Source: Deinococcales bacterium (lineage in GTDB: Bacteria; Deinococcota; Deinococci; Deinococcales; JAAFIG01). From it: 36,593 bases of DNA. Position numbers and translations under genes: made by a program. Positions 27,725 through 36,593 of the stretch are shown here, one piece after another. The DNA lies in contig JANOWZ010000261.1 of the NCBI GenBank assembly GCA_031418155.1, forward strand, positions 1 through 36,593, in the 5' to 3' direction. Below the pieces are notes generated by a model. It was not told the DNA's origin and did not search any database. It saw nothing but the letters and a program-made list of their open reading frames with translations. Position 1 is the first letter of the stretch. Each line of letters begins with the position of its first letter.

Positions 27725-28357
27725 ATGCTCAAACCAATGGATGAATTTGATGGCGCTCAACTCGGTGTCAACGCACTCGAGGCGGTTCGCCGCGAACGGC
27801 TCGCGGACCTGACGCACGATTGGCTCGAGGTCATCGGTGAGGACACCAACCGCGAGGGCATCCTGAAAACACCGCAGCGCGTGGCGAAAGCCTGGGATTT
27901 CCTGACTGGCGGTTACCGCATGTCGCTTGAGGAGGTTGCCAACGACGCGGTTTTTGCCGCTGAGGGTTCGCAGATGGTCGTGGTCAAAGACATTGAGTTT
28001 TATTCGATGTGCGAGCATCATATGCTGCCGTTTTTCGGACGGGCGCACATTGGGTACATCCCGAAAGACAAGATTCTTGGCCTCTCAAAATTCGCCCGGA
28101 TCACGGACTTGTTCGCCCGTCGCCTGCAAGTCCAAGAACGCATCACCACCCAGATCGCCGAGGCGGTCATGGAACTCCTCGAGCCTGAAGGTGTTGGCGT
28201 GGTGCTCGAGGGGCAGCATTTGTGCATGGCGATGCGCGGTGTGCAGAAGCAAAACTCGAGCACGATTACAACCGCGATGCTCGGTGTTTTCCGCGAGGAT
28301 TCACGCACGCGCCAGGAGTTCATGGAATCGATCCAGAATCCGTTCAACCGTCGCTAA
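27725..28357 (+). CDS. folE: GTP cyclohydrolase I
   Basis: [33 protein letters not shown] and [18 protein letters not shown]. Confidence 0.97.
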   Translation: MLKPMDEFDGAQLGVNALEAVRRERLADLTHDWLEVIGEDTNREGILKTPQRVAKAWDFLTGGYRMSLEEVANDAVFAAEGSQMVVVKDIEFYSMCEHHMLPFFGRAHIGYIPKDKILGLSKFARITDLFARRLQVQERITTQIAEAVMELLEPEGVGVVLEGQHLCMAMRGVQKQNSSTITTAMLGVFREDSRTRQEFMESIQNPFNRR

Positions 28358-29195
28358 AACTTGCCTCAAACAACTCGAGAATTTTTAGCGCACGCGGCAA
28401 TTTGATCGCGTGCGCTTGTTCGTACCCGGTTGGGTTTCGGGTGCGGAACCAATGCAGGTCGTTCAAGGTTTGCAGGGCGATGTACGCGCCGAATCGTGCC
28501 TGAACGCCCTCGGTTTTGGCGAGACCGAAGCCAAGCTCGAATGCGGTTTCGACCGCGAGTTGATCCAAGGTTCCGGTCGTAAAAATGGCGATGTCTCGGG
28601 CCGGATCGTCCCAGTCGGAACGGGTCCAATCGACGACGAGCACTCGCCCATCCTCGGTCATCAAAATGTTGGCACTGTGCAAATCCAGGTGACACAATCT
28701 GGCCTCAACCTCGAGCGTGCCGAGTTGTAGGGCATTGCGCACGAGTTTGAACAACGGTTCGTGATCCGGTTCGTTCAGGGTGCGGCGGAATCGCTCGAGT
28801 TTGGCGCGAACCCCGGCGAGGTTGACGCTTTCAAAACCAATGTGTGCGTGCAATTTATGCAGAAAGCTCGTCATTCCTTTCATGGCCTTCACAATGTCGT
28901 CAGCCTCGAGCGGCTTGCCCGGAAGGTGCCGAATCTCGAGCAATTCCAACCCGTTCAAGTTTCGCGCCCCGAGCACCCAATCGCCTAATCCTGCCCGGAC
29001 CATGTTGAACGCCTCAAGCCGGTTGAGGCCAATCGATTCGCGGAAGACCTTGATGATCCGTTCGGGTTGCCCATTTGTGCCGATCACGGCGTAAACGCGG
29101 GATTGAAAGCCGCCGCCGATGCGTTCCAGATGGCCGAATTCTTGCTCGAGGGTCTCGAAGATCTGTTGCTCGAGTGTTGTTGCGTTTGCGGACAC
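28344..29195 (-). CDS. Aminoglycoside phosphotransferase/choline kinase-like family protein
   Basis: [10 protein letters not shown]-loop, Brenner motif [15 protein letters not shown] and DPARDIA. Start taken as GTG 29195 (TATCAT-N5-GTG); the track's ATG 29282 is an alternative. Confidence 0.82.
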   Translation of the reverse strand: MSANATTLEQQIFETLEQEFGHLERIGGGFQSRVYAVIGTNGQPERIIKVFRESIGLNRLEAFNMVRAGLGDWVLGARNLNGLELLEIRHLPGKPLEADDIVKAMKGMTSFLHKLHAHIGFESVNLAGVRAKLERFRRTLNEPDHEPLFKLVRNALQLGTLEVEARLCHLDLHSANILMTEDGRVLVVDWTRSDWDDPARDIAIFTTGTLDQLAVETAFELGFGLAKTEGVQARFGAYIALQTLNDLHWFRTRNPTGYEQAHAIKLPRALKILELFEASFSDG

Positions 29196-29283
29196 GCGAG
29201 ATGATACCGTGCGGTCGCGTTTGTATTCGTGCCAATTTGTGACCGCTACCAAATGTTCAGTGCTCAAATGTTCAAAGGACATT

Positions 29284-29308
29284 AAACCTGATAAGACTTG
29301 TCAGGATA
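29284..29308. promoter_or_regulatory. Palindromic operator, Rrf2 (IscR/CymR)-like
   Basis: CCTGATAAG-A-CTTGTCAGG (8/9 inverted repeat, 29287-29305) abutting a TAGAAT -10 box (29307-29312) upstream of the sulfurtransferase. Confidence 0.5.
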
Positions 29309-29387
29309 GAATCAGCTCGAGAAAGATCAGTCTCGACTCGGCACATCACAGCAAGTATCTCATCGAACGCTGTTCACAGGAGGATTT

Positions 29388-30242
29388 ATGCCATACGCGC
29401 ACCCCGAAGTTCTCGTCAGCACACAATGGGTTCTCGAGCATCACAAAGATGCCAACATCCGACTCGTCGAAGTGGACGAAGATTTCTTGCTTTACGAACA
29501 GGGTCACGTGCCCGGAGCCGTCAAGATCGACTGGCACACCAACCTGCAACGTGACGACATCCGTGATTTCATCGATGAGCGCGGCTTTGAGAAACTCGTC
29601 TCGAGCCTTGGGATCAGCAACGATACGACCGTGATTTTTTACGGCGACAAGAACAACTGGTGGGCGGCCTATGCCTTGTGGTTCTTCAAGTACAACGGCC
29701 ATGCCAACTGCAAACTGATGAACGGTGGCCGCGTCAAATGGACCGCCGAAAACCTGGAGCTCGAGACCGCCGAACCGACTTACCCAACCACGAATTACAA
29801 AGTTCCGTACCGTGATGCCAGCATTCGCGCCTTTGCGCCGGAAGTCCTCAAGCACTTGCTCGAGGTCAACGCCGGTCGCGGCGCACTGGTTGATGTGCGC
29901 AGCCCGGACGAGTTCAGCGGCAAGATGACGCACATGCCCAATTACCCGCAGGAAGGAGCCTTGCGGGCCGGTCACATTCCGGGTGCGGCCAGCATTCCCT
30001 GGGCGACCACCGTCAACGAGGACGGCACCTTCAAGACCCCGGACGAACTTCGTGCCATCTACGAACCCAAGGGTGTCACGCCCGACAAGGACGTGATCGC
30101 GTATTGCCGCATCGCCGAACGCTCGAGCCATTCGTGGTTTGTTTTAAAGTACCTGCTCGGTTACGAGCGTGTGCGCAACTACGACGGTTCATGGACCGAG
30201 TGGGGCAACATGGTTGGCGTGCCGGTCGAAAAGAACGTCTGA
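29388..30242 (+). CDS. Tandem-domain rhodanese/thiosulfate sulfurtransferase
   Basis: [20 protein letters not shown], active site [10 protein letters not shown] and [17 protein letters not shown]. Confidence 0.95.
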   Translation: MPYAHPEVLVSTQWVLEHHKDANIRLVEVDEDFLLYEQGHVPGAVKIDWHTNLQRDDIRDFIDERGFEKLVSSLGISNDTTVIFYGDKNNWWAAYALWFFKYNGHANCKLMNGGRVKWTAENLELETAEPTYPTTNYKVPYRDASIRAFAPEVLKHLLEVNAGRGALVDVRSPDEFSGKMTHMPNYPQEGALRAGHIPGAASIPWATTVNEDGTFKTPDELRAIYEPKGVTPDKDVIAYCRIAERSSHSWFVLKYLLGYERVRNYDGSWTEWGNMVGVPVEKNV

Positions 30243-30260
30243 ACCAACCTGAAAAAGTTT

Positions 30261-30295
30261 GGAGGAGGCTCGGGTGTTGAGCCTCCTCCTTGTTT
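30261..30295 (+). terminator. Intrinsic terminator after the sulfurtransferase
   Basis: GGAGGAGGCTC/GAGCCTCCTCC 11-bp stem followed by TTGTTT, between convergent genes. Confidence 0.85.
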
Positions 30296-30310
30296 GGTTA
30301 GTGTTGGGGT

Positions 30311-31810
30311 TCAACGACCATTCGGGTTTGGATCAGAGGCGATCACACCGCCGTTGCTGATGATGCCCGCGTCGCGCACTCCGGGCAAGAGGGTCATGAT
30401 TTCGTTTGGCATTTGGCAGAGCTTGACATCCTCGACCGTTAAATCGCTGCCGATGGCGCTGCGGATGTTGATGGCGGTCGCCTTGCCGTCCGCCACCGTG
30501 TACAGCGGAATGTTGACCCGATGTGAAACGTTGTACGCACCCAGGTTCGCAAAGTACTTGTTCGGCTTGCTGGAGACGGTCTCAAGGTAGATCGAACTGG
30601 TCGAGGCGGATTTGACGCGCAGGCTCAGGTATTGGTCAATGCGCAAGGAATTCTTGAAGCCGTACTTGACCAGGGATTTCTCGGTGGTTGAGGCGCTCGA
30701 GGCCATGCCCGATTCGGTGGTGAAGTCCACACCGCTCGAGATGGTTGGTCGGATTCCGGCGTTGCCGCAGTCCCCGCCGAGGTTGGCGGCGCTTTGGATC
30801 AGGAAGTAATTGCGGCTCCAATCGTCGCTCCCATCGACCGGTTTCATGGATCGGATCATGAATGACTCTGGGAATTCCCAGACCAGGATTTTGGGTGGGG
30901 TGTTCTGGAAGCTGTCCGAATTCAGGTAATCGAACAGCGGTGTCCACGGGCCTTTGCCGGACTCGGCATTGTTGACGGTCTCTTTCGAGAGGTGATAGGC
31001 GAGCCCTTCGACGAATCCGAATTGATGGTTTTCACTGAAGCTCGTGCCGACCACGGCGATGCCAGGGGTTCGCTCGCCGAGCAGGTCGCTCGAGGGTTGG
31101 GTCAGGAAGTTCACGGGTTTGAACAATTCGCGTTGCAGTTTGGTCCGTTCGGTCTCGGGCAATGTCCGGTAGTAGTTGCCGTTGAACTCTTCGGGTTCGC
31201 TCCATTCGATGTCGTATTTGACTTCGGGGATTGTCTCGAGGGTGCTGGCGTACTTGCCTCGGATCGCTTGGGCCACGACCCTGGAGGCCTCAACGCCACC
31301 AATTGATGACCAGTGGTTGTCTTGGCGCATGTACATCGGGAATTGCGCGTCGTAGCGTTTGCCGGATGTCATGAAGGCGGTGTTCAAATCTGGTGCGAAC
31401 ACACCGGCGTTTTTCAGGGCCGGGAGCCTGCGGGCGTAGAAGCTTTTGAGGGGGGTGCTCAGTTTGAAGCTGCTGGGCAGTTTGTTCTCGTAAATGCGTT
31501 CGACCATCGGGACCATCGTAAAGACCAGTTTGATGTTGCGTTTGGCGAGCACCTTGTTGATCTGGGCGATCAGGTTGATGCTGGCATCGACGCGGGCCTC
31601 CGATGGTTTTTGGCTTTTGACGAACCAATTCAGGTCTGCCAGACCAGTGAAGATAAAGCCATCCTTGCCGTAGGAGAAATTGCTGTTGCTTTGGGCACCA
31701 GCCGTCAGGGTCAGCGCTGAGGCTGCGACAATTCCGAGAACCCATCTCGAGCCTCGATTGTGGGCTGGGTTTTTTGTGTCGCTGTGTTTGACGGCGCGTG
31801 GTGATCGCAT
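30311..31810 (-). CDS. Secreted AlgX/AlgJ-type SGNH-like polysaccharide O-acetyltransferase with C-terminal beta domain
   Basis: Signal peptide; GKDGFIF, RQDNHWS (DxH), VVGTSFS (catalytic Ser) and PPKILVWEFPE. TATATT-N6-ATG. Confidence 0.85.
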   Translation of the reverse strand: MRSPRAVKHSDTKNPAHNRGSRWVLGIVAASALTLTAGAQSNSNFSYGKDGFIFTGLADLNWFVKSQKPSEARVDASINLIAQINKVLAKRNIKLVFTMVPMVERIYENKLPSSFKLSTPLKSFYARRLPALKNAGVFAPDLNTAFMTSGKRYDAQFPMYMRQDNHWSSIGGVEASRVVAQAIRGKYASTLETIPEVKYDIEWSEPEEFNGNYYRTLPETERTKLQRELFKPVNFLTQPSSDLLGERTPGIAVVGTSFSENHQFGFVEGLAYHLSKETVNNAESGKGPWTPLFDYLNSDSFQNTPPKILVWEFPESFMIRSMKPVDGSDDWSRNYFLIQSAANLGGDCGNAGIRPTISSGVDFTTESGMASSASTTEKSLVKYGFKNSLRIDQYLSLRVKSASTSSIYLETVSSKPNKYFANLGAYNVSHRVNIPLYTVADGKATAINIRSAIGSDLTVEDVKLCQMPNEIMTLLPGVRDAGIISNGGVIASDPNPNGR

Positions 31811-31845
31811 GTCGGTAATATAGAATGTGAAGTTTAAGCTTGGAT

Positions 31846-32166
31846 CAAAAGACCTAGGGCTAGTCCCAGGCCCCGACCTGTATGGGTTGAGGATCGATCA
31901 ATTTGGTCATGGCTGATATCAAGTCGTCTTTCAAACTAGCGGTATCCTTCTTGACCCTGAAACCAGCACCTCACAGGCTTCTTGCTCATAAGCTGGCACC
32001 TAACGGGCCATTCGCGCTTGGGTCGCTTGGGATACACGACCAGTAAGCCGACTTGATTTTGTCGTTACTCCCGGTCGTGTATCACGTCCTACATGTGTTA
32101 CACGATGCACGCAAGGTGTGACGGTCGGATTGAAATGAGGAAACCGCTCATTTCGATCACGACTTT
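31846..32166 (-). ncRNA. Candidate ~320-nt structured non-coding RNA, family unknown, strand not certain
   Basis: Multiple helices (32124-32163, 32097-32122, 32031-32083, 31953-32024 domain), a 9-nt long-range pairing 31918-31926/32049-32057, TACTCT -10-like box at 32178-32173 and a terminator at 31847-31872. Confidence 0.5.
31847..31872 (-). terminator. Intrinsic terminator on the minus strand
   Basis: Minus strand GGCCTGGG-actagc-CCTAGGTC-TTTT; 8-bp stem with two G-U pairs valid only on the minus strand. Confidence 0.65.
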
Positions 32167-32204
32167 ATATGAAGAGTATTTGCAGGCAATAGCGCCTGAT
32201 GATC

Positions 32205-34772
32205 CTACAAATTCCTGACCAACAAATCCCGGATTGTGTCAGCCGATCCTGGTCGTGCGTAAAAGTAGCCCTGACCATTCGGGCAGCCCAAACCGCGCAA
32301 CCATTCGTGATGCTCGAGCGTTTCGATTCCCTCGCAAACAACGTTCAACTCGAGCGCCTTGGCCAAGCCGACGACCGCACCAACGATTTCACGGTCGCGT
32401 TGGTGCTGAATGCCGCGCAGAAACGACTGATCTATCTTCAAGGTGTGAATCGGCAGGCGTTGTAGGTAGGACAGGCTCGAGTAACCCGTGCCAAAATCAT
32501 CCAAGTGCAATTGAATGCCCAGGTCACGCAGTTGCTCCAGCACCTGAATCACGCCATCGTGACTGCCGATCACGCTGCTTTCGGTGATCTCGAGGTTGAT
32601 TTGAGCTGGTTCAAGCCCGTACTTTTGCAGCACCAAAAGGATCTGCTGTGGCAACCCTGCCTGTCGCAAATGCGCACCGGCAATGTTGACGTTGATGCTG
32701 AAGTGTGCATCAACCACGCCAGCATCGAGCCATTCGCGCAGTTGGCGGCAGGATTCCTTGAGCATCCATTCGCCCAACGGCACGATTAAGCCTGTCTCTT
32801 CGGCGATCGGAATGAAATCTCCCGACGGGATTAAGCCACGTGTAGGGTGTTGCCAACGCACCAACGCCTCCAGGCTGGTCACACGGCCCGTCTCGAGGTT
32901 AAGAATCGGTTGGTAATGGGCGCGTAATTCCTGCCCGTTGATCGCCCGTCGCAAGGCGTTCGAGGTTTCCATGCGTTTGAGTGCATCCTGGCGCATGGCC
33001 AGGTCGTAGGCTGCAACGCCGCTGTTCAAGGTTTTGGCGACGTACATTGCGGTGTCGGCGGCCCGCAGGTAATCGTCGGCGGTTTGATGGCTCAATTCCG
33101 AACTGACCAGCCCGATGCTCAATTCGGTGAAGGTCTCCACACCGTTCAGCTCAATCGGTTGTGCCACAGCCCAGCGCAGACGTTCGGCAACGGTTCTGGC
33201 CTGAGCCTGGTCGCTGCCGTCGAGCAAGACCACGAATTCGTCCCCGCCCCAACGGGCCACCATGTCTCCGGGCCGCAAGGTGCGCTCGAGCCGGTGCGCA
33301 ACCTCGATCAACAAGGCATCGCCAACACCATGCCCGAGGCTGTCATTGATGATCTTGAAGCGGTTGAGGTCGCCAAACAGCAGCGAAAACGAGTAGGTCG
33401 GATTGCGTTTGACCGAGCCGATGGCCCGTTCAAGTTGTTCCATCAACAAATGGCGTCCGGGCAGACCGGTCAGGGTGTCGTAGTAGGCGCTGCGTTCGGC
33501 CAGATCGGTCAGCGAACCCGCCACCCGTGTCGCCACCAACATGCCGTCCGCATTCTGATCAAAGGTCGCCACGCCTCGAGACAAGATCCAACGGTACGAA
33601 CCGTCGGCATGACAAACGCGCAATTCGACATTGATCGCCGGGTTGCGTCCCGAAAGGTGCATCTCGTAATTGTCCAAGACGCGCTCACGGTCGTCTGGAT
33701 GAAACAGGCTGCGGATCAAACCGGCATGAACGAAGCCGTCCTCTCCCGGCTCGAGACCAAAAATCTCGAAACATCGATCCGACATGTAGACCGCATTGCT
33801 CGGCAATTCCCAATCCCAGATGCCGTCGTTCGCCCCGCGCAACGCCAGTGCGTAACGTTGTTCGCTGCGTTCCAACTCGAGTTCGGTGGCTTTTTGTTGA
33901 CTGATGTCCAACATCACACCGCTGTGACGCACCCGACCCTCGCTCAATTCGACGTTGACCAAATCACGAACCCAGATGAGGCTGCCATTTGATGCGAATA
34001 ACCGGTACTCGAGCGCGTAACTGCTGCGCGGCTGTTCGCACTCGGCGACGACCCGATAGTGCTGGCTGCTGACCTCGAGCACCCGGTCATGGTCCAACGG
34101 GTGTAAACGCGACATCCAACGGTTCGGCGTGGCAAACCAGACCTCGGGTTTGAGCCCCAGGTAAGCCTCAACCGATGGGCTCAGGTAGGTCAAACCGATG
34201 CCTTCGATGTACTCCCAGACCACACCATCTATCGTTTCGACCAAGCGGCGATAGCGTTCATGCCCCTCGAGCATCGCCTGTTGCGCTTTTCGCTCCTCGG
34301 TCACGTCTCGGGCCAAACTGATCACGCTCTGCAACTGCCCGTGCTCGTCATGGATCGGGATGTTGGTCCATTCGCAATAGATTTCCTTGCCATCCTTGCG
34401 CCGGTTCGCATTGATCGAATTCGAGCCTTTCGCTGAAGACAGCAACTCGATCAAGACCGCCTGCGCCTCGAGTCCAGGAATTGGGCTGTGCAGCGGTTCG
34501 ATCATGCTGCGGCCAATTGCCTCATCCGCCGTGAAACCAAAGATGCGTTCCGCTGCCGGATTCCAGGCGATCACCCTCAGGTCGGGCAGCCACTCCATCA
34601 CCGCCAAGGGCAGACTGTCGGTGTGTGCCCGCAAGCGCCGCTCGAGTTCCGATTGGGCTTTGCTCGCCTTACGGTTCATTTCGGATGGTGTTTCAGCCAA
34701 GTCAATCTCGGATTCGTGTTCAGGGCCGGTCCTGGTCTCGTCCGAAAGCGGGTTGAATTCTGGCTGGTTCAT
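32205..34772 (-). CDS. PAS-PAS-PAS-GGDEF-EAL c-di-GMP cyclase/phosphodiesterase
   Basis: Three PAS/PAC domains, DTLTGLP, intact WGGDEF, EALVRW and [10 protein letters not shown]. Start ATG 34772 after AAGAGGG (track start 34832). Confidence 0.93.
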   Translation of the reverse strand: MNQPEFNPLSDETRTGPEHESEIDLAETPSEMNRKASKAQSELERRLRAHTDSLPLAVMEWLPDLRVIAWNPAAERIFGFTADEAIGRSMIEPLHSPIPGLEAQAVLIELLSSAKGSNSINANRRKDGKEIYCEWTNIPIHDEHGQLQSVISLARDVTEERKAQQAMLEGHERYRRLVETIDGVVWEYIEGIGLTYLSPSVEAYLGLKPEVWFATPNRWMSRLHPLDHDRVLEVSSQHYRVVAECEQPRSSYALEYRLFASNGSLIWVRDLVNVELSEGRVRHSGVMLDISQQKATELELERSEQRYALALRGANDGIWDWELPSNAVYMSDRCFEIFGLEPGEDGFVHAGLIRSLFHPDDRERVLDNYEMHLSGRNPAINVELRVCHADGSYRWILSRGVATFDQNADGMLVATRVAGSLTDLAERSAYYDTLTGLPGRHLLMEQLERAIGSVKRNPTYSFSLLFGDLNRFKIINDSLGHGVGDALLIEVAHRLERTLRPGDMVARWGGDEFVVLLDGSDQAQARTVAERLRWAVAQPIELNGVETFTELSIGLVSSELSHQTADDYLRAADTAMYVAKTLNSGVAAYDLAMRQDALKRMETSNALRRAINGQELRAHYQPILNLETGRVTSLEALVRWQHPTRGLIPSGDFIPIAEETGLIVPLGEWMLKESCRQLREWLDAGVVDAHFSINVNIAGAHLRQAGLPQQILLVLQKYGLEPAQINLEITESSVIGSHDGVIQVLEQLRDLGIQLHLDDFGTGYSSLSYLQRLPIHTLKIDQSFLRGIQHQRDREIVGAVVGLAKALELNVVCEGIETLEHHEWLRGLGCPNGQGYFYARPGSADTIRDLLVRNL

Positions 34773-34833
34773 GCTTGACCCTCTTTGCGTCAGTGTATTG
34801 ACCGGGTCCCGCCTCGATGGTGCAAAATGCACA

Positions 34834-35457
34834 TCAAAACGCCAGAAACTTCATCTCTGACGCAATTCGCAGCGTTGCCCGCAACGAAATGGGTCCAGGC
34901 CCGAGCGCGATCCAATCCTCAACGCCCAAGATGGCGAGTTGGTTGAAGATTCGATCTGCCTCGGGATGCGTTCCCTCGAGTTTGATCAGGCTGCAACCGC
35001 TCGGCTCGAGTACGGCGCTTGGATGACTTGAACCTGTATCCCAGGCGATCAAGGTTGGAATCAGCCCATCACCTGGCAAAGACCCATCACTCGGAATTGT
35101 GATGCGCCACGAAAACGCCCCTCGGGCCATCGGATGCACCGGACCATGCTCGGGCAATCGAACCTGCTCGAGGTCGCCGTCTGTGAGGCGAACCACCCAA
35201 TGCAGCAGACGCGGCGGACCGTCGAACGAATCCAGGCCAAACCAGCGTGGCACGTTGGGTTTAACCGCAACAGGATCGACCGCGATCACCTCGAGATAGG
35301 TGCCCGCATTTAATCGCAAGAGTTTGTTGTGAGTGCCCATGCGTTCATGCTGTCCGCCGTTTTGTAACTCGAGCCCCAATTGCTCACGAACAAAAGCGCT
35401 GCCCTCCTCGAGCGAGGTGGCCGCGATGACCAGGTGATCCAGTTCCAATTTCGGCAC
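34834..35457 (-). CDS. VOC/Glyoxalase_3 family protein
   Basis: [43 protein letters not shown]. Start GTG 35457 (alternative ATG 35493). Confidence 0.88.
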   Translation of the reverse strand: MPKLELDHLVIAATSLEEGSAFVREQLGLELQNGGQHERMGTHNKLLRLNAGTYLEVIAVDPVAVKPNVPRWFGLDSFDGPPRLLHWVVRLTDGDLEQVRLPEHGPVHPMARGAFSWRITIPSDGSLPGDGLIPTLIAWDTGSSHPSAVLEPSGCSLIKLEGTHPEADRIFNQLAILGVEDWIALGPGPISLRATLRIASEMKFLAF

Positions 35458-35537
35458 AGTGCCAATCTTGACCCAAGTTGAGATCAAAGTCATCCTCGCT
35501 TCATCTGCAAATTGCTTTCACCCGATAAACTCGAACC

Positions 35538-36275
35538 ATGAAACTTTTTGTGACCGGCGGCGCGGGACGCATGGGCGGCGAGTTGCTGCCGATGCTCGCG
35601 CAACATGGCTGGCAGATCATTGCGCCGCGCAGCACACAACTCGACATCACCGACGAAACGGCGGTCGCCCGAGCCCTCGAGTTGGCCCAACCCGAAGTGG
35701 TTTTGCACATGGCGGCCTACACCGATGTCGCCCAGGCCGAACAAGAACGGGATCGGGCGTGGGCGGTCAACGTGCGCGGCACGGCAAACCTGGCCAAACA
35801 CACGCTCGGACGGTTCGTGCACTTTTCAACCGATTATGTCTTCGACGGTGAACGCGGCATGTACCTCGAGACGGACACGCCCAACCCGGCCAATTTTTAC
35901 AGCCTGACCAAAACCGTCGGCGAGGAGGCCGCCCGACACGCCCGACGCCCGCTGATCGTCCGCACCAGCTTTAAGGATTCACACTGGCGTTACCCGATGG
36001 CCTTCGAGGATCAGTTCACCTCGGCGGATTTCACCGATGTGATCGCCAATGAGATGCTGAACCTACTCAATCACCTTGGAATGGTCGATCACGATCTCTT
36101 GCACGTGGCGACCGAACGCAAAAGCGTTTTTGAACTCGCCCGCCGCCGCACCCCGGAGGTCAGACCTGGCTCGAGGTTGAAGGCGAACGTGCACATCCCG
36201 CCAGATGTCAGTTTGGATGTCTCGCGCTGGTTGGCGCTCAAGGACCGGATGTTGAATTCCAAACCCAGTCTTTAA
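35538..36275 (+). CDS. rfbD: dTDP-4-dehydrorhamnose reductase family SDR
   Basis: [24 protein letters not shown] and YSLTK (YxxxK). TAAACT-N6-ATG. Confidence 0.88.
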   Translation: MKLFVTGGAGRMGGELLPMLAQHGWQIIAPRSTQLDITDETAVARALELAQPEVVLHMAAYTDVAQAEQERDRAWAVNVRGTANLAKHTLGRFVHFSTDYVFDGERGMYLETDTPNPANFYSLTKTVGEEAARHARRPLIVRTSFKDSHWRYPMAFEDQFTSADFTDVIANEMLNLLNHLGMVDHDLLHVATERKSVFELARRRTPEVRPGSRLKANVHIPPDVSLDVSRWLALKDRMLNSKPSL

Positions 36276-36297
36276 TCTTTGGCTGTACAGTACGCAC

Positions 36298-36593
36298 ATG
36301 CATACCCCTACCGAGACCCAAACCGGCATTCATGAAAGCGAAGTTCCGTTCATCCCCGTGATCCTGGCCGGAGGCAGCGGCGAGCGCTTCTGGCCGCTCT
36401 CGAGGCGGGCCAAACCCAAGCAATTCCTGCAACTCGACGGCACGGGCCGCAGCCTGATCCAGGCGACCGCCGACCGCCTCGCGCCGATGTGTGACGGTCT
36501 CGAGCAGATTTACATTGTCACCGGGCAACAACACCGTGGCTTGATCCTCGAGCACCTGCCGGATTTGCCTTTGGAGAACCTGGTGGTCGAACC
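36298..36593 (+). CDS. manC: Mannose-1-phosphate guanylyltransferase, truncated by the window end
   Basis: Not in the ORF track. Manual translation from ATG 36298: [46 protein letters not shown]...LVVE. TACAGT-N6-ATG. Confidence 0.9.
   Translation, partial: MHTPTETQTGIHESEVPFIPVILAGGSGERFWPLSRRAKPKQFLQLDGTGRSLIQATADRLAPMCDGLEQIYIVTGQQHRGLILEHLPDLPLENLVVE

Noticed and set aside
28344-29195. Aminoglycoside resistance gene
   Set aside because: The APH/choline-kinase fold is widespread in housekeeping kinases; no mobile context and host-like CTCGAG density.
31985-32035. SAM-I riboswitch, integron attC or retron msr-msd explanations for the structured gap
   Set aside because: TGGCCCG and GGTGCCA occur but are too close and lack the AUCxAGAG/GCAAC core; ACCTAAC has no partner GTTRRRY; no terminal a1/a2 repeats or reverse transcriptase in the window.
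31909-32046. 45-aa plus-strand ORF (MADIKSSFKLAVSF...) in the structured gap
   Set aside because: No well-spaced SD or leaderless -10, no host-like codon signature and no recognisable motif; not excluded without Ribo-seq.
32196-32235. Hammerhead ribozyme (CTGATGA core)
   Set aside because: No stem II followed by GAAA, and it overlaps the end of the EAL gene.

Overview
Housekeeping-rich bacterial chromosome segment, most likely Deinococcota (inferred from pervasive leaderless TANNNT-N5-7-start gene starts and the gene repertoire). About 33 CDSs are supported, including tyrS, an FMN-riboswitch-controlled RibXY-type ABC importer, lgt-glmU-tatA-tatC, chorismate mutase/DAHP synthase, an M3 oligoendopeptidase, ispH, flotillin/NfeD, NUDIX-pteridine reductase-folE, a rhodanese, an AlgX-like protein, a PAS-GGDEF-EAL protein, rfbD and partial manC. 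No transposase, integrase, tRNA, rRNA or CRISPR array was seen. Most notable unexplained signals: (1) two orphan, heavily base-paired intergenic elements with -10-like boxes (about 5735-5980 and 31846-32166) that look like undescribed ncRNAs; (2) a small membrane ORF ending in RGPP, a candidate ribosome-arrest peptide, upstream of grx-lgt-glmU-tatAC; (3) extreme over-representation of the palindrome CTCGAG, whose pairs also build RNA stems; (4) a five-unit 13-bp-phased operator-like array, an RDRM-like site and an Rrf2-like palindrome; (5) a truncated caspase-like gene with a His-to-Pro change. All structures and counts are by eye; no folding or database searches were run.
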